DNA from: Octopus vulgaris
Lineage: Eukaryota
Length of the DNA: 64,000 nt
Direction of reading: 5' to 3'
Assembly (NCBI GenBank): GCA_951406725.2
Contig: OX597831.1
Location: 2,542,001-2,606,000, forward strand
The notes under the pieces: model-generated
What the model saw: the letters and a program-made list of their open reading frames with translations, nothing else
Database searches by the model: none
What the model was told of the DNA's origin: nothing
Part shown: positions 12,769-24,327 of the stretch, piece after piece
Numbering within the stretch: the first letter of the stretch is position 1
Layout of the letters: every line of letters starts with the position of its first letter
Translations under genes and position numbers: made by a program

Positions 12769-13171
12769 AGGCGTAAGCATGGCTGTGTGGTAAGTAGCTT
12801 GCTTACCAACCACATGGTTCCGGGTTCAGTCCCACTGCGTGGCACCTTGGGCAAGTGTCTTCTACTATAGCCTCAGTCCGATCAAAGCCTTTCGAGTGGC
12901 TTTGGTAGACGGAAACTGAAAGAAGCCCATTGTATATATGTGTATATATGTATGTATGTGTTTGTGTGTCTGTGTTTGTGTTTGTCCCACCCAACATCAC
13001 TTGACAACCGATGCTGGTGTGTTTATATCCCCGTGACTTAGTGGTTCAGCAAAAGAGACCGATAGAACAAGTACTAGGATTACAAAGAATAAGTCCCGGG
13101 GTCGATTCGCTCGACTAAAAGGCGGTGCTCCAGCTTGGCCACAGTCAAAATGACTGAAACAAGTAAAAGAG
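12769..13171 (+). mobile_element. SINE family A
   Basis: Full-length match to 9190-9585. Confidence 0.9.
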
Positions 13172-13214
13172 ACATAATAATTTACTTCCCATTTTAGATA
13201 TATTACTCTCTCTT

Positions 13215-13633
13215 TACTCTTACTCTTTTACTTGTTTCAGTCATTTGACTGTGGATATGCTGGAGCACTGCCTTTTAGTCGAGCAAATCGACCCCAAGAC
13301 TTATTCTTTGTAAGCCCAGTACTTATTCTATCGGTCTGTTTTGCCGAACTGCTAAGTTATGGGGACATAAACACACCAGCATCGGTTGTCAAGCAATGCT
13401 AGGGGGACAAACACAGACACATAAACATATACACACACACTTATATATATACATATATATACATATATACGACAGGCTTCTTTCAGTTTCCGTCTACCAA
13501 ATCCACTCACAAGGCATTGGTTGGCCCGGGGCTATAGCAGAAGACACTTGCCCAAGATGCCACGCAGTGGGACTGAACCCGGTACCATGTGTTTGGTTAG
13601 CAAGCTACTTACCACACAGCCACTCTTGCGCCT
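13215..13633 (-). mobile_element. SINE family A, tail-to-tail with the previous copy
   Basis: Full-length reverse copy ~45 bp from 12769-13171. Confidence 0.9.
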
Positions 13634-14339
13634 ATATGTTACTTTCCTTATTGTTAAGGCTTGCCATGAATTTCCCCAGCTAAACTTCATGTTTACTCTG
13701 TGCTTTCCATTAATTGTCTCCTCAGTGTGTTTATAGATTCTGATGTGTCGGAGAAGACAAAGAAGAACGTTTGTTCTTCCAAATCGGAAATGCATATAAT
13801 AGAATATAAATAATTAATTAAATACACAATCAACATAAATAAAGAGATTTGGATAATGATGCTGAGGAGCAAACAGAAGATTAATTAAGAAGTATTCCGT
13901 GGTGGAATGTAAAATTTCCCAGTTGTTAATTATAATTAATCAGCAAGCAAGAGAGCGAGAGAGAGAGAGAGCTGTCAGGCATAAAAATGACACTGGTTAC
14001 ACGAGGGTTCATTCAAAAATATATTTAGTATACATAATTAGGATAGATAATGGTGATCTCCAGTGAAGATGTTCATTATTAATATTAACGATGAGTATAA
14101 TCATTATTTGTTCTGCAAGAGATATGATTGCTATCAAGAGAATGATTAGTTGTTATTGCAGCTGTTGTTTTTGTTGATCAAGCAGAACTATGATCAAAGG
14201 TATTCCACCCACAGCGATTCCATCCATCCATGGCACCCACCCACCCATGCCATGCATGCATACATATATGAAATATGATAAACAGAAAATGCAGTTCATG
14301 CCATTTGTTCCCAATGCATATTTCGCTGTTATCTACTCT

Positions 14340-14850
14340 CTTTTACTCTTTTTACTTGTTTCAGTCATTTGACTGCGGCCATGCTGGAGCACCACCTTTA
14401 GTCGAATCAAATCGGCCCCTGGACTTCTTATTCTTTGTAAGCCTATTACTTATTCTATCGGTCTCTTTTTTGCCGAACTGCTAAGTTACGGAGGACCTAA
14501 ACACACCAGCATCGGTTGTCAAGCGATGTTGGGGGGACAAACACAGACACACAACATATACACACACATACATATATATATATATCATCATCATCATCAT
14601 TTAGCGTCCGCTTTCCATGCTAGCATGGGTTGGATGGGTCAACTGGGGTCCGTGAAGCTGGAAGGCTTCGTCAGGCCCAGTCAGATCTGGCAGTGTTTCT
14701 ACGGCTGGATGCCCTTCCTAACGCCAACCACTCCGTGAGTGTAGTGGGTGCTTTTACGTGCCACCTGCACAGGTGCCAGACAGAGCTGGCAAACGGCCAC
14801 GAACGGATGGTGCTTTTACATGTCACCGGCACGGGGCCAGGCGATGCTGG

Positions 14851-14907
<57 letters not shown>

Positions 14908-15073
14908 TATGACGGGCTTCTTTCAATTTCTGTCTACCAAATCCACTCACAAGGTTTTGGTCGGCCCGAGGCTATAGTAGAAGACACTTGCCCAAGGTGC
15001 CACGCAGTGGGACTGAGCCCGAAACCATGTGGTTCATGAGCAAGCTACTTACCACACAGCCACTCCTGTGCCT
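14340..15073 (-). mobile_element. SINE family A with nested (GAT)n-tailed family C element (14585-14853)
   Basis: Family A halves separated by catcatcat-ttagcgtccgctttccatgctagc... inside the TA tract. Confidence 0.85.
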
Positions 15074-15326
15074 AGCTATATATCTGTATATATATGTGTC
15101 TGTGTGTGTGTAACAATAATGTATATATGTTTGTACATCAGTATCACCAAAATTGTAATGATCTACATGTGGTAAATAAACCGGAGGAAGAAAAATATTG
15201 TTAATTGGAATGTCCCTTTATTTTCATTGTTACAATGGCAGAAGACCACTTCTTCGAGGTGTTGCCCATGGATTATTTTTTTAGTTCTATAGTCCATCTT
15301 GTAGGTAAAGTTTATCATTTGTTAAC

Positions 15327-15872
15327 AGTCCCACTGCGTGGCATCTTGGGCAAGTGTCTTCTGCTATAGCCCCGGGCCGACCAATGCCTTGTGAGTGGAT
15401 TTGGTAGACGGAAACTGAAAGAAGCCTGTCGTATACATGTACCGTCTGGCACCTGTGCGGGTGGCATGTAAAAAGTACCCACTACACTCGCGGAGTGGTT
15501 GGCGTTAGGAAGGGCATCCAGCCGTAGAAACACTGCCAGATCAGACTGGGCCTGATGCAGCCTTCTGGCTTCACAGACCCCAGTTGAACCGTCCAACCCA
15601 TGCTAGCATGGAAAGCGGACGCTAAATGATGATGATGATGATGATGTATATGTATGTGTGTGTATATGTTAGTGTGTCTGTGTTTGTCTCCCTAGCATTG
15701 CTTGACAACCGATGCTGGTGTGTTTACGTCCCCGTCACTTAGCAGTTCGGCAAAAGAGACCGATAGAATAAGTACTGGGCTTACAAAGAATAAGTCCCGG
15801 GGGTCGATTTGCTAGACTGAAGGCGGTGCTCCAGCATAGCCGCAGTCAAATGACTGAAACAAGTAAAAGAGT
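15327..15872 (+). mobile_element. SINE family A (5'-truncated) with nested family C element (15441-15646)
   Basis: Same architecture as 14340-15073 in opposite orientation. Confidence 0.85.
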
Positions 15873-16424
15873 AACTAGAAGGAGGGAGAAAAAGAGCAAG
15901 GGAGTCTACCTCTCTGGGCTGACAAGAAACAGAAAGTGAAAGTTGTATTGTCACATGCAGACAAGCCATAGATGTGGTCTTCTAGTGAGGGACCAAATGA
16001 AAAGGAAGGAGAAATGAATGTTAATCTTGGTGTGCTTCTTCAATGAGCTTTGTATTAGTTCTCAGTGGACAATGGATCATGGGACAACAGATGGTTTTTT
16101 AAAAAATTTTCTAATGCTAGATTTTAAAATAATCCAACTGCTAGATCTTGTAGTTTTAGTAGTTTATTTTGCATGTGTTCATTTTTAGCTTATATCTTTT
16201 TTATTAAGTTTCTAAAGATATTCTTCATATATGGTGAGGGGCGAGGTCGGAATTATACATGAAATTTCAGCGGTTATAGACGGAGAAACAATATGAAAAT
16301 TAATACATATATACATACATGAACACCATGTAGATATAGATGCATATACACAACCACACACACACACACCATATATACATAAACGCCTACTCACACACTA
16401 CACACACACACATATATATATATA

Positions 16425-16626
16425 GTTAATCCAAACAAGAAAACACAAAAAACACAACAACGCGAGGACGTGGAACAAATATAGTATTATTGGACGCTCA
16501 GGAAAGAAGGGAAGAAGGAGGGTTTAACGTTTCGAGCGGAGCTCTTCGTCGGAAACATAGGAGAAGGAAAGATCCAGAGAAGGGAAGACAGAGGAAAAAA
16601 ATCGCCAACGGTACTCACGAGGTCAT
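16425..16626 (-). mobile_element. Short Penelope-like element (family D) with hammerhead-like motif, embedded in (TA)n
   Basis: Near-identical reverse copy of 36860-37063; truncated third copy at 59693-59801. Confidence 0.65.
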
Positions 16627-17741
16627 ATATATATATATATATACACATACTTCACAATGACATAGTTACATACACACAACACATAAATTCACACACATAC
16701 ACCTTATAAACTGACTCACACACACACACACACATTTACGTCTCGACAGAAAAAAATACAAATATATGAACTCAGACTTGAAAAGATTTATCTTTTTATT
16801 GCTTGTGTATGACTTTTTAGACATACGCGCGGGAGAGAAAGAGAGAGAGACAACGTACTATCTTTCAGAAATGAATATTAGTGACAAAGGCATTATTAAT
16901 ACAGAGAAGTAATATTTATCCCCACTTAAACTTGGATGTTCTGTTAGAATAAACTGTACTGTAGTAGAGTTTACTTTTGGTGCAAAATGCAGGATCTTTT
17001 CCGGATCTTTTCCTTTTGATGGACGGAATTTCTAGTTAACTAAACAATTTGAAACATTGTATACTGGTAGAATGTGTCAAAAGAAAACATTATTTTCAAT
17101 TGGCTTTTTTGAGAAAATTGTTATTTGTAAGTTTAACGTAGTTTAATTCTTCGAAATTTAACCAATGAAATGCCAGTATTTCCAAAATGCATGCTTGTTT
17201 ATATCACTAACGAGGAGATAAATCCTTGCCACCTCCAGCACCAAGACCACCAGACCATCACTATCTTTAAGATACCGTGTTAGCTTACTAGTGGGTTTTT
17301 TTAATTTATTTCTCCATATACAACAAATGTATATTTTCATATCCTGTTGTGGCGTCACAATTTCATTAGGGCAAATAAGACTTCATGCAATTGCCTGACC
17401 TTCCAGAAAACTAAATAACTAAACTTCTCTCAAATCATCTACCGCCATCTTGGTAAAAAAAAACCCACATTGAATAATATAGGCATCTAGTTAAAGTGAT
17501 TCACAAATTAGCCCCCTTTTAATTTTGCTTAGATTATTTTCAATTTTGGTGTATCAATGGTCCTGAATTTTGATTTCGCTCAACTCTCTTTTACTTGTTT
17601 CAGTCATTTGACTGTGGCCATGCTGGAGCACCGCCTTTAGTCGAGCAAATCGACCCCGGAACTTATTCTCTGTAAGCCCAGTACTTATTCTATCGGGCTC
17701 TTTTGCCGAACCGCTAAGTGATGGGGACGTAAACACACCAG

Positions 17742-18252
17742 CATGGTGTTCATGTATGTATATATGTATTAATTTTCATATTGTTTCTCCGTCTATAACC
17801 GCTGAAATTTCATGTATAATTCCGACCTTGCCCCTCACCATATATGAAGAATATCTTTAGAAACTTAATAAAAAGATATAAGCTAAAAATGAACACATGC
17901 AAAATAAACTACTAAAACTACAAGATCTAGCAGTTGGATTATTTTAAAATCTAGCATTAGAAAATTTTTTTTAAAAACCATCTGTTGTCCCATGATCCAT
18001 TGGACACTGAGAACTAATACAAAGCTCATTGAAGAAGCACACCAAGATTAACATTCAGTTCTCCTTCCTTTTCATTTGGTCCCTCACTAGAAGACCACAT
18101 CTATGGCTTGTCTGCATGTGACAATACAACTTTCACTTTCTGTTTCTTGTCAGCCCAGAGAGGTAGACTCCCTTGCTCTTTTTCTCCCTCCTTCTAGTTA
18201 CTCTTTTACTTGTTTCAGTCATTTGACTGCGGCTATGCTGGAGCACCGCCTT
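17742..18252 (-). repeat. Inverted duplication of 15820-16330
   Basis: Unique (non-SINE) sequence 15873-16330 recurs reverse-complemented at 17742-18200 with only a handful of differences. Confidence 0.95.
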
Positions 18253-18600
18253 TAGTCGAGCAAATCGACCCCGGAACTTATTCTCTGTAAGCCCAGTACT
18301 TATTCTATCGGGCTCTTTTGCTGAACCGCTAAGTGATGGGGACGTAAACACACCAGCATCGGTTGTCAGGCAATGCTAGGGGAACAAACACAGACACACA
18401 AACACACATACATATATATATATATATACATATATACGACAGGCTTCTTTCAGTTTCCGTCTACCTAATCCACTCACAAGGCATTGGTCGGCCCGGGGCT
18501 ATAGCAGAAGACACTTGCCCAAGGTGCCACGCAGTGGGACTGAACCCGGAACCATGTGGTTGGTAGGCAAGCTACTTACCACACAGCCACTCCTGCGCCT
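18200..18600 (-). mobile_element. SINE family A (chimeric; partial twin at 17585-17744)
   Basis: Reverse family A consensus carrying diagnostic variants from two different parent copies. Confidence 0.85.
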
Positions 18601-19774
18601 AATGTGTCCTTTATTATTAGGATGATTATTCCAGTTGTATGACAAACTGAACTAGTTACATATTCAACTGGTATTTATTTTATCAACCCTCAAAGGATGA
18701 AAGGCAAAGTCAACCTAAGTGGAATTTGAACTCAGAATGTAAAGCATTTTGCCCAGTGTGTTAATGATTCTGTCAGCTTGTAGCCTTATTAATATAACAA
18801 ATTAAAAAAAAATAATAATAATAACATACAAAACACTATAGAAATCAGTGATGAGACAAAAGAAACAGTAACAGGATGCATGGTGACTTTATTAGGTAAC
18901 AGGTCATTTCACAGACGCTAAACTATAAATTTCACAGGGTACAACCTTAAAGTTGACACCGCTACAACGCAAAAAATTTCTCACTATTGGCTAAAAATAC
19001 ATTTTTTTCGATTTTTAAAACCCTGCAACTTTTTCCTCAATTTTTTTCTCTTGGGTTCATAGCAATAAGAGTGGAAAACTACATCAATATAATCGATTTT
19101 CAGATTTTTTACTCCTTTTAAAAAAAATGCAGATTCTGTGAATCAATTCGACTTGATTCTGTCCTACATACACTCTATCATACAAAAAAAAAAAAAAAAA
19201 ATACTGAATGATGTTGGCTAGAATGCTTTTGATCAAAGGTCTCCTGGATGGGACCAGGGAAAAACGTCATGATTTTACAAGGAAAATTCTCTAAATTTTC
19301 TTTTCCTAGTAACTTTTTTACAACTCTAACTTCTGCTCTTTGTATGTGTGGATAGAAAAAGGATAAAGAGAGTGTGTGTAGGTGTTTGTATGTGTGCGCG
19401 TGTGAGAGAGAGTATGGGTGTTTGTGTGTGTGAGAGAGAGTATGGGTGTTTGTGTGTGAGAGTGTGGGTGTTTGCGTGTGTGTGTGTGTGAGAGAGAGAA
19501 TGTGGGTGTTTGTGTGAATGTGAACGTGTGTACGCACGCGTGCATGTGTGTGTTTCTGCTAGTGTTTAAATCTACGTTTATTAGTTAAGTTAAAAGGTAA
19601 CTTCAAAGTGTGTGTGTGTGCATGTATACGCAGTACATCGTAAACTCAGCTGAAATGTTTGATTTCATTTTCTATTTTGATTTGATTATACGAATTTAGA
19701 GGAGTAAACGCAAGGAGAGAGAGAGAGAGAAGAGTTTCAAAGAAAAAGACCGAGGATTAGAAAGGGAGGGAGGT

Positions 19775-20217
19775 AAATTGAAACTCCGACGTCTGGCAGC
19801 TGACTTGGCAGACACCCATAAAATTATCAACCATCGTACAAACAATAACTCTGAGCACCTTTTCAAACTCCACCCATCTAACACCCGTGGACATATTTAC
19901 AAAGTAAGAAAACAGCACAGCTCCCATGACTTCAGGAAACATTTTTTCACGTTGAGAGTTGCTGAAGCATGGAACAAACTGCCGGCATCAGTTGTTAGTT
20001 GTCGGAGCACTGCATCCTTCAAAACTTCCATGCTTCCTGAGATTCGCCAACACTACACCTGATTTTCTCCCCTCCATACACACACAAGCATGTATCTGAC
20101 TCATACACTGTTCACTTTCCAGACATTTCTACATTACTGCATGTACTTTATATGCACTTTCTGACAAGTTGTGGTGCACCTGAGCACTGTATACAATAAT
20201 TTCATTATTATTATTAT
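19775..20217 (+). mobile_element. CR1-clade LINE 3' fragment
   Basis: ORF LRRLAADL...TRGHIYKVRKQ...RKHFFTLRVAEAWNKLPASVV...ASFK is the CR1 ORF2 C-terminus; 3' UTR ends in (ATT)n. Confidence 0.85.
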
Positions 20218-20459
20218 TTTAGATGAAAGAGCTTAAAAGAGTAAAACTGAGTGCATGGGTAGAAATGGACAAGTAGATATAGAGACAAAGAAATAAGGAT
20301 AGAAAAAGGATAAAAAGATTATAAAGAGAAAGACAAACGGTGCGTGAACAGAATTGAACAGTTCGTGAGAGAGGGGTATATACCAATGGGTACATGAAGA
20401 AAAAATAGAGAGGAGTTAAAGGATATTAGAAAAGGTTAAAGGAGAAAGTAGACAGTAGT

Positions 20460-20822
20460 GGCATACCCTCAACTTACATCGTTTCGTGTTACGTCATTTT
20501 TAACTTGGTTGTTTTTTTTTTTTAAGAAATTAATGGAAAAAACCTCCCTTAACTTTAGTCGACTTTATCCAACTTTATGTCAGTCTCAGCGAACATATTT
20601 AACAGCATAAATGTTAAAATAAAAAAAGAACCCACCTTTAATAACCAATGCTGAAGTGGAAAATCAAATAAAATACATGTGAAAATATGTACAAACCATT
20701 TATTTATCAAAACAGATATAAGCTAATAAAAATTTTTGAATGTTTTTTTTCGTGTTACGTCATTTTCCGAGTTAAGTCGCATGTCTTGGCACTAATTACT
20801 GACGTAAGTTGCAGTATGCCTG
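20460..20822. mobile_element. Tigger/pogo-type MITE
   Basis: Inverted ends gcataccctcaacttacatc / gacgtaagttgcagtatgcctg. Confidence 0.55.
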
Positions 20823-21060
20823 ATTTAGAAAAGGTTAAAGTAGTGTGTCAATATAAATAGAAAATGATAGACAGTATGTATGTGAATATAAATAGGAGAG
20901 TGAATTTAAAGTAAAAGAGAGAAAGGAGAGAAGGAAAGGATTCATGTGAACATGAACAGCCTTAAGAGAGAAAGATGTAGACCACAAGGATAGATAGATA
21001 GATAGATAGATCAGTGGTTCCCAGCTGGGGTCCATATAAGATCTCAGAGTTTATGTACAA

Positions 21061-21449
21061 CTAGCAGTATCGCCCGGCGTTGCTCGGGTTTGTAAGTGAA
21101 ATAACTATAAAGCATTTTTAGAGAGTTATAGCAAAAAAATGCATTAAAAATGAAAAATAAATGATGGTAAATTTTTTTTTAAATCGTTGACTCATCGTAG
21201 ACATTTTTAGAGAGTTACTTCCCTTATATAATAGCGAAAAAATGCATTAAAATGGGGAAAAATGATGGTAAATTATTTTTTAAATCGTAGACTCATCGTA
21301 GACGCGCGCTAATACCCAGAAGGGCTCGATATGAATCACGACTATAAACTACCCGGTTTTGGTTAAACTGCATCGCAAAATGTGTGAATAGTTAGGAATC
21401 TAAATCGTAGGAGACAGACAGCACACAACCTTACTTTTATATATAAAGA
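21061..21449 (-). mobile_element. Non-autonomous Helitron
   Basis: Minus strand: a|TC...CCCGAGCAACGCCGGG hairpin...CTAG|t, inserted at an AT dinucleotide. Confidence 0.85.
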
Positions 21450-21541
21450 TAAACTGGTTATACTTCCACAATATTTTTTTTTTTAATACAATTCCTAACG
21501 ATATTTAATTATGAAAACACAGTAGGATTTTTATACACTTT

Positions 21542-21910
21542 CCATTAACTGCAACGTCCAGAATGTGGGAGGGAGTAAAGGAGTCACAGACTGTGGCGAC
21601 CCAAATGAGGCACCTACCTCTAACCCAGGGACAAGAGGGTAAGACAATCTGGTCTCTTTCCATCACTTCTGAATAATTCCGACGGCTCCAGAACTGAGGG
21701 GATACTAATCCGAGCCGGGGTCCGCTTAATGATTAAGTTTAGCTCGGTGTGACGTACGAAGCGACCAGCATTTAGACGGCAAGACAGACCGCGAAAACCT
21801 GTGGTGTCGAGGAGCCTGTCACAGCGGCATCTCAGTCCCCTACGGACGTCAGCTCTCACTCGGAGTGCGATGGAGATGCAGAGTTCATCTAGACTGAGTT
21901 GACCTCTGGA
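21542..21910 (-). mobile_element. CRE-like non-LTR retrotransposon fragment (zinc knuckle + restriction-like endonuclease)
   Basis: CRCDRLLDTTGFRGLSC...RFVRHTELNLIIKR...IPSVLEPSELFRSDGKRPDCLTL then RGRCLIWVATVCDSF match the RH..LN / RPDG / WDAT RLE motifs. Confidence 0.8.
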
Positions 21911-22279
21911 TAATATATATATATATTCGTGTTTGTTCATTCAATTTATTCAGTTACTTTGCACGTTGTTATGCCCCTCCACTATGTTTTCTCTTAAAAG
22001 TTTTGAATTAATTCTTTCCAATCTAACAAATACTATTGATAATAATAAAAGAAACGGAAAACAATAACTTTAGAAACAAAATATGAGACTTTATATATGA
22101 ACAATAAATGGGAAAAACTGTTAAGGATTTATGTTCAAAATTTTCTTTGGGTCAGTCAACTGTATGATTTTTAATGGATAAAGAAAACATATTTGAATGG
22201 AATTAAAAGGGCGCACTCCTTGCAATCTACGAAGATACGTAATAATGTAGTGGTCAATCTTATTCCGCGTATTTATCAA

Positions 22280-23500
22280 CACGGATGACCGATGAAACAC
22301 AACGATAAAAACACGTCAATTATGCAAGCTGTCATTTGTGCTAAAACCTTATCTATTTTTAAGAGGCTTGAAGGTAAGAAAGCAAGCGATGGTGCAGAAA
22401 CATTTACTGCAAGCAACGGTTGATTTTTTTTTATAGCTGGCTTGCATAATGTGTCAGCAAGAAGCAGCTAATATATTTCCGAAAGAAAAAAAAAATTAGA
22501 AGATATAATTGAATATGATTAGACATGCTCACAAATTGCTAATGTGGATGAAACGAGCTTATTTTCGAAATGCATACCACCAGCAAGAAGCCACATTGCA
22601 AAAGAAAGAAAAATTAGAAGATATAATTGAATATGATTAGACATGCTCACAAATTGCTAATGTGGATGAAACGAGCTTATTTTCGAAATGCATACCACCA
22701 GCAAGAAGCCACATTGCAAAAGAAAGAAAAATAAATTATCGATGCCAGGTTTTAAAGTAACTAAAGATCGGTTAACGTTATTGTTGGAAGATAATGCAGC
22801 AGAAGACCATAGGTTAAAGCTCATACTTGTGCATCGTGACGAAAATCCTAGGGTACTTAAAAGCCTCATAAAAGATACTCTTCTAGTAATATGGAAGGCA
22901 AATAAAAGTTTAAAAAAAAAAAAACGTTCCTGGATTATTGCTCTACTGTTTGAAAATTGCTTTTTTTTGTATTACTTTGAATCTAATATTCCATTTCATG
23001 TGCTACTGATCGTAGATAATGTACTTTGTCATCCACAATCTTTACAACATCACTATCTAAATGCAAGATTAATATTTATGCCACCAAATACAACATCACT
23101 TCTGCAAACAATGGACCTCGGCTTTATAACAATTTTTAAAGCATATTATCTTCGGTACACATTCTATCAGTTAATAAAATGCTTTTGACATTGGAAGGAG
23201 GCTTTACGCAAAGAGGAATCTGGAAACCATCCAGTGTTCTAGAAACAGCAAGAAAAGAAATAATGGATAAAAGGAAGCTGAAACCAATTACAGGGGAAAA
23301 TATAAAAAAAAAACTGTTGGGAACAAACACTGCTCTCAGTTTATTGATAGGTTTGAGGGACTTGAAAAACCAGTAGAGATTGTTTGAAATAAAACAGAAG
23401 TGTTCGTTTAAATTATTTATAAATTGAACCTTGATACTTCTACGAATAATCTGCCTCAGTTACATGACCGAGAACTCACAAATGAAATCCTTACTGAAAT
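22280..23500 (+). pseudogene. Tigger/pogo transposase fossil (CENP-B HTH + DDE_1)
   Basis: ETFTASNG*F, NVDETSLF, MPGFKVTKDRLTLLL, LLIVDN...H, FMPPNTTSLLQTMDLG.I..FKAYY; frameshifts and an internal 118-bp tandem duplication. Confidence 0.9.
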
Positions 23501-23610
23501 GAAAGAACATCGAGAAACTCTTGTTTATTTTTTTCGTTCTCTAAGGGCTTGGCTAAATCTTAGCGTGCCCTGGAAAAGCTAAAATTTTTAGGAGCCAAGA
23601 TTCAAATCTT

Positions 23611-23712
23611 AGCGAAAGTAAAGAATACGCACATCGGTGGTTAGGGTTAGGGTTAGGGTTAGGATTTTTGTTATGCCGAAAAAGTGGGGTTTACGTATTC
23701 TTTACCTCCGCC
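23611..23712. mobile_element. 102-bp Merlin-like MITE containing (TTAGGG)n
   Basis: TIRs agcgaaagtaaagaatacg / cgtattctttacctccgcc; exact 8-bp TSD caaatctt at 23603-23610 and 23713-23720. Confidence 0.8.
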
Positions 23713-23929
23713 CAAATCTTGAGTGAAACAAAAGTTGCTACAAAAAGAGAGAAAAGACTGTTTGGGAAACAAAGATATCTTAAAATATTTTTATATATAT
23801 CTAAAAAAAAAAAAGGAAAAAGAAAAGGCTATTATTTTAATTGAACCGCAAAGCAACAATGAATGGACCCAAATCGATGGGCAGAGCAACATCGCGTGAT
23901 GAATGAATGCATCAACAATAACAATATTT

Positions 23930-24282
23930 GTTTCAAATCTTGGCACAAAGGTCAGCAACTTTGTAGGGAGCAGTAAGTCGATTACATCGACCTCAGTACT
24001 CAGCTGATACTTATTTTATCGACCCCGAAAGGATTAAAGGTAAAGCCGACCTCGTCGGAATTTGAACTCAGAACGTAAGGACAGAAGCTGATACTTATTT
24101 TATCGACCCCGAAAGGATTCAAAGGTAAAGCCGACCTCGGCGGAATTTGAACTCAGAACGTAAAGACAGAAGAAACTGATAAAGCCGACCTCGGCGGAAT
24201 TTGAACTCGGAACGTAAAGACAGAAGAAATATCGGTAAGCATTTTGCCCGACTTGCTAACCATTCTGCTGGCTCGCTGCCTT
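23930..24282 (-). mobile_element. tRNA-headed SINE family B with internal tandem duplications
   Basis: Repeated tttatcgaccccgaaagg...gacctcggcggaatttgaactcagaacgtaa blocks; reverse of the 38081 consensus. Confidence 0.75.
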
Positions 24283-24327
24283 ATACTATCATTATTATTA
24301 TTATTATGGCCCCCCCATACTGTAAAG

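Noticed and set aside
13396-13683. Recurrent 'EDTCPRCHAVGLNP' ORFs as a gene family
   Set aside because: Antisense translation of family A SINEs.
22688-23188. Functional or domesticated Tigger gene
   Set aside because: Frameshifts, stops, internal duplication and degenerate motifs indicate a fossil.
23641-23663. True telomere or chromosome fusion site
   Set aside because: Under four repeats, lying inside a TSD-bounded MITE.
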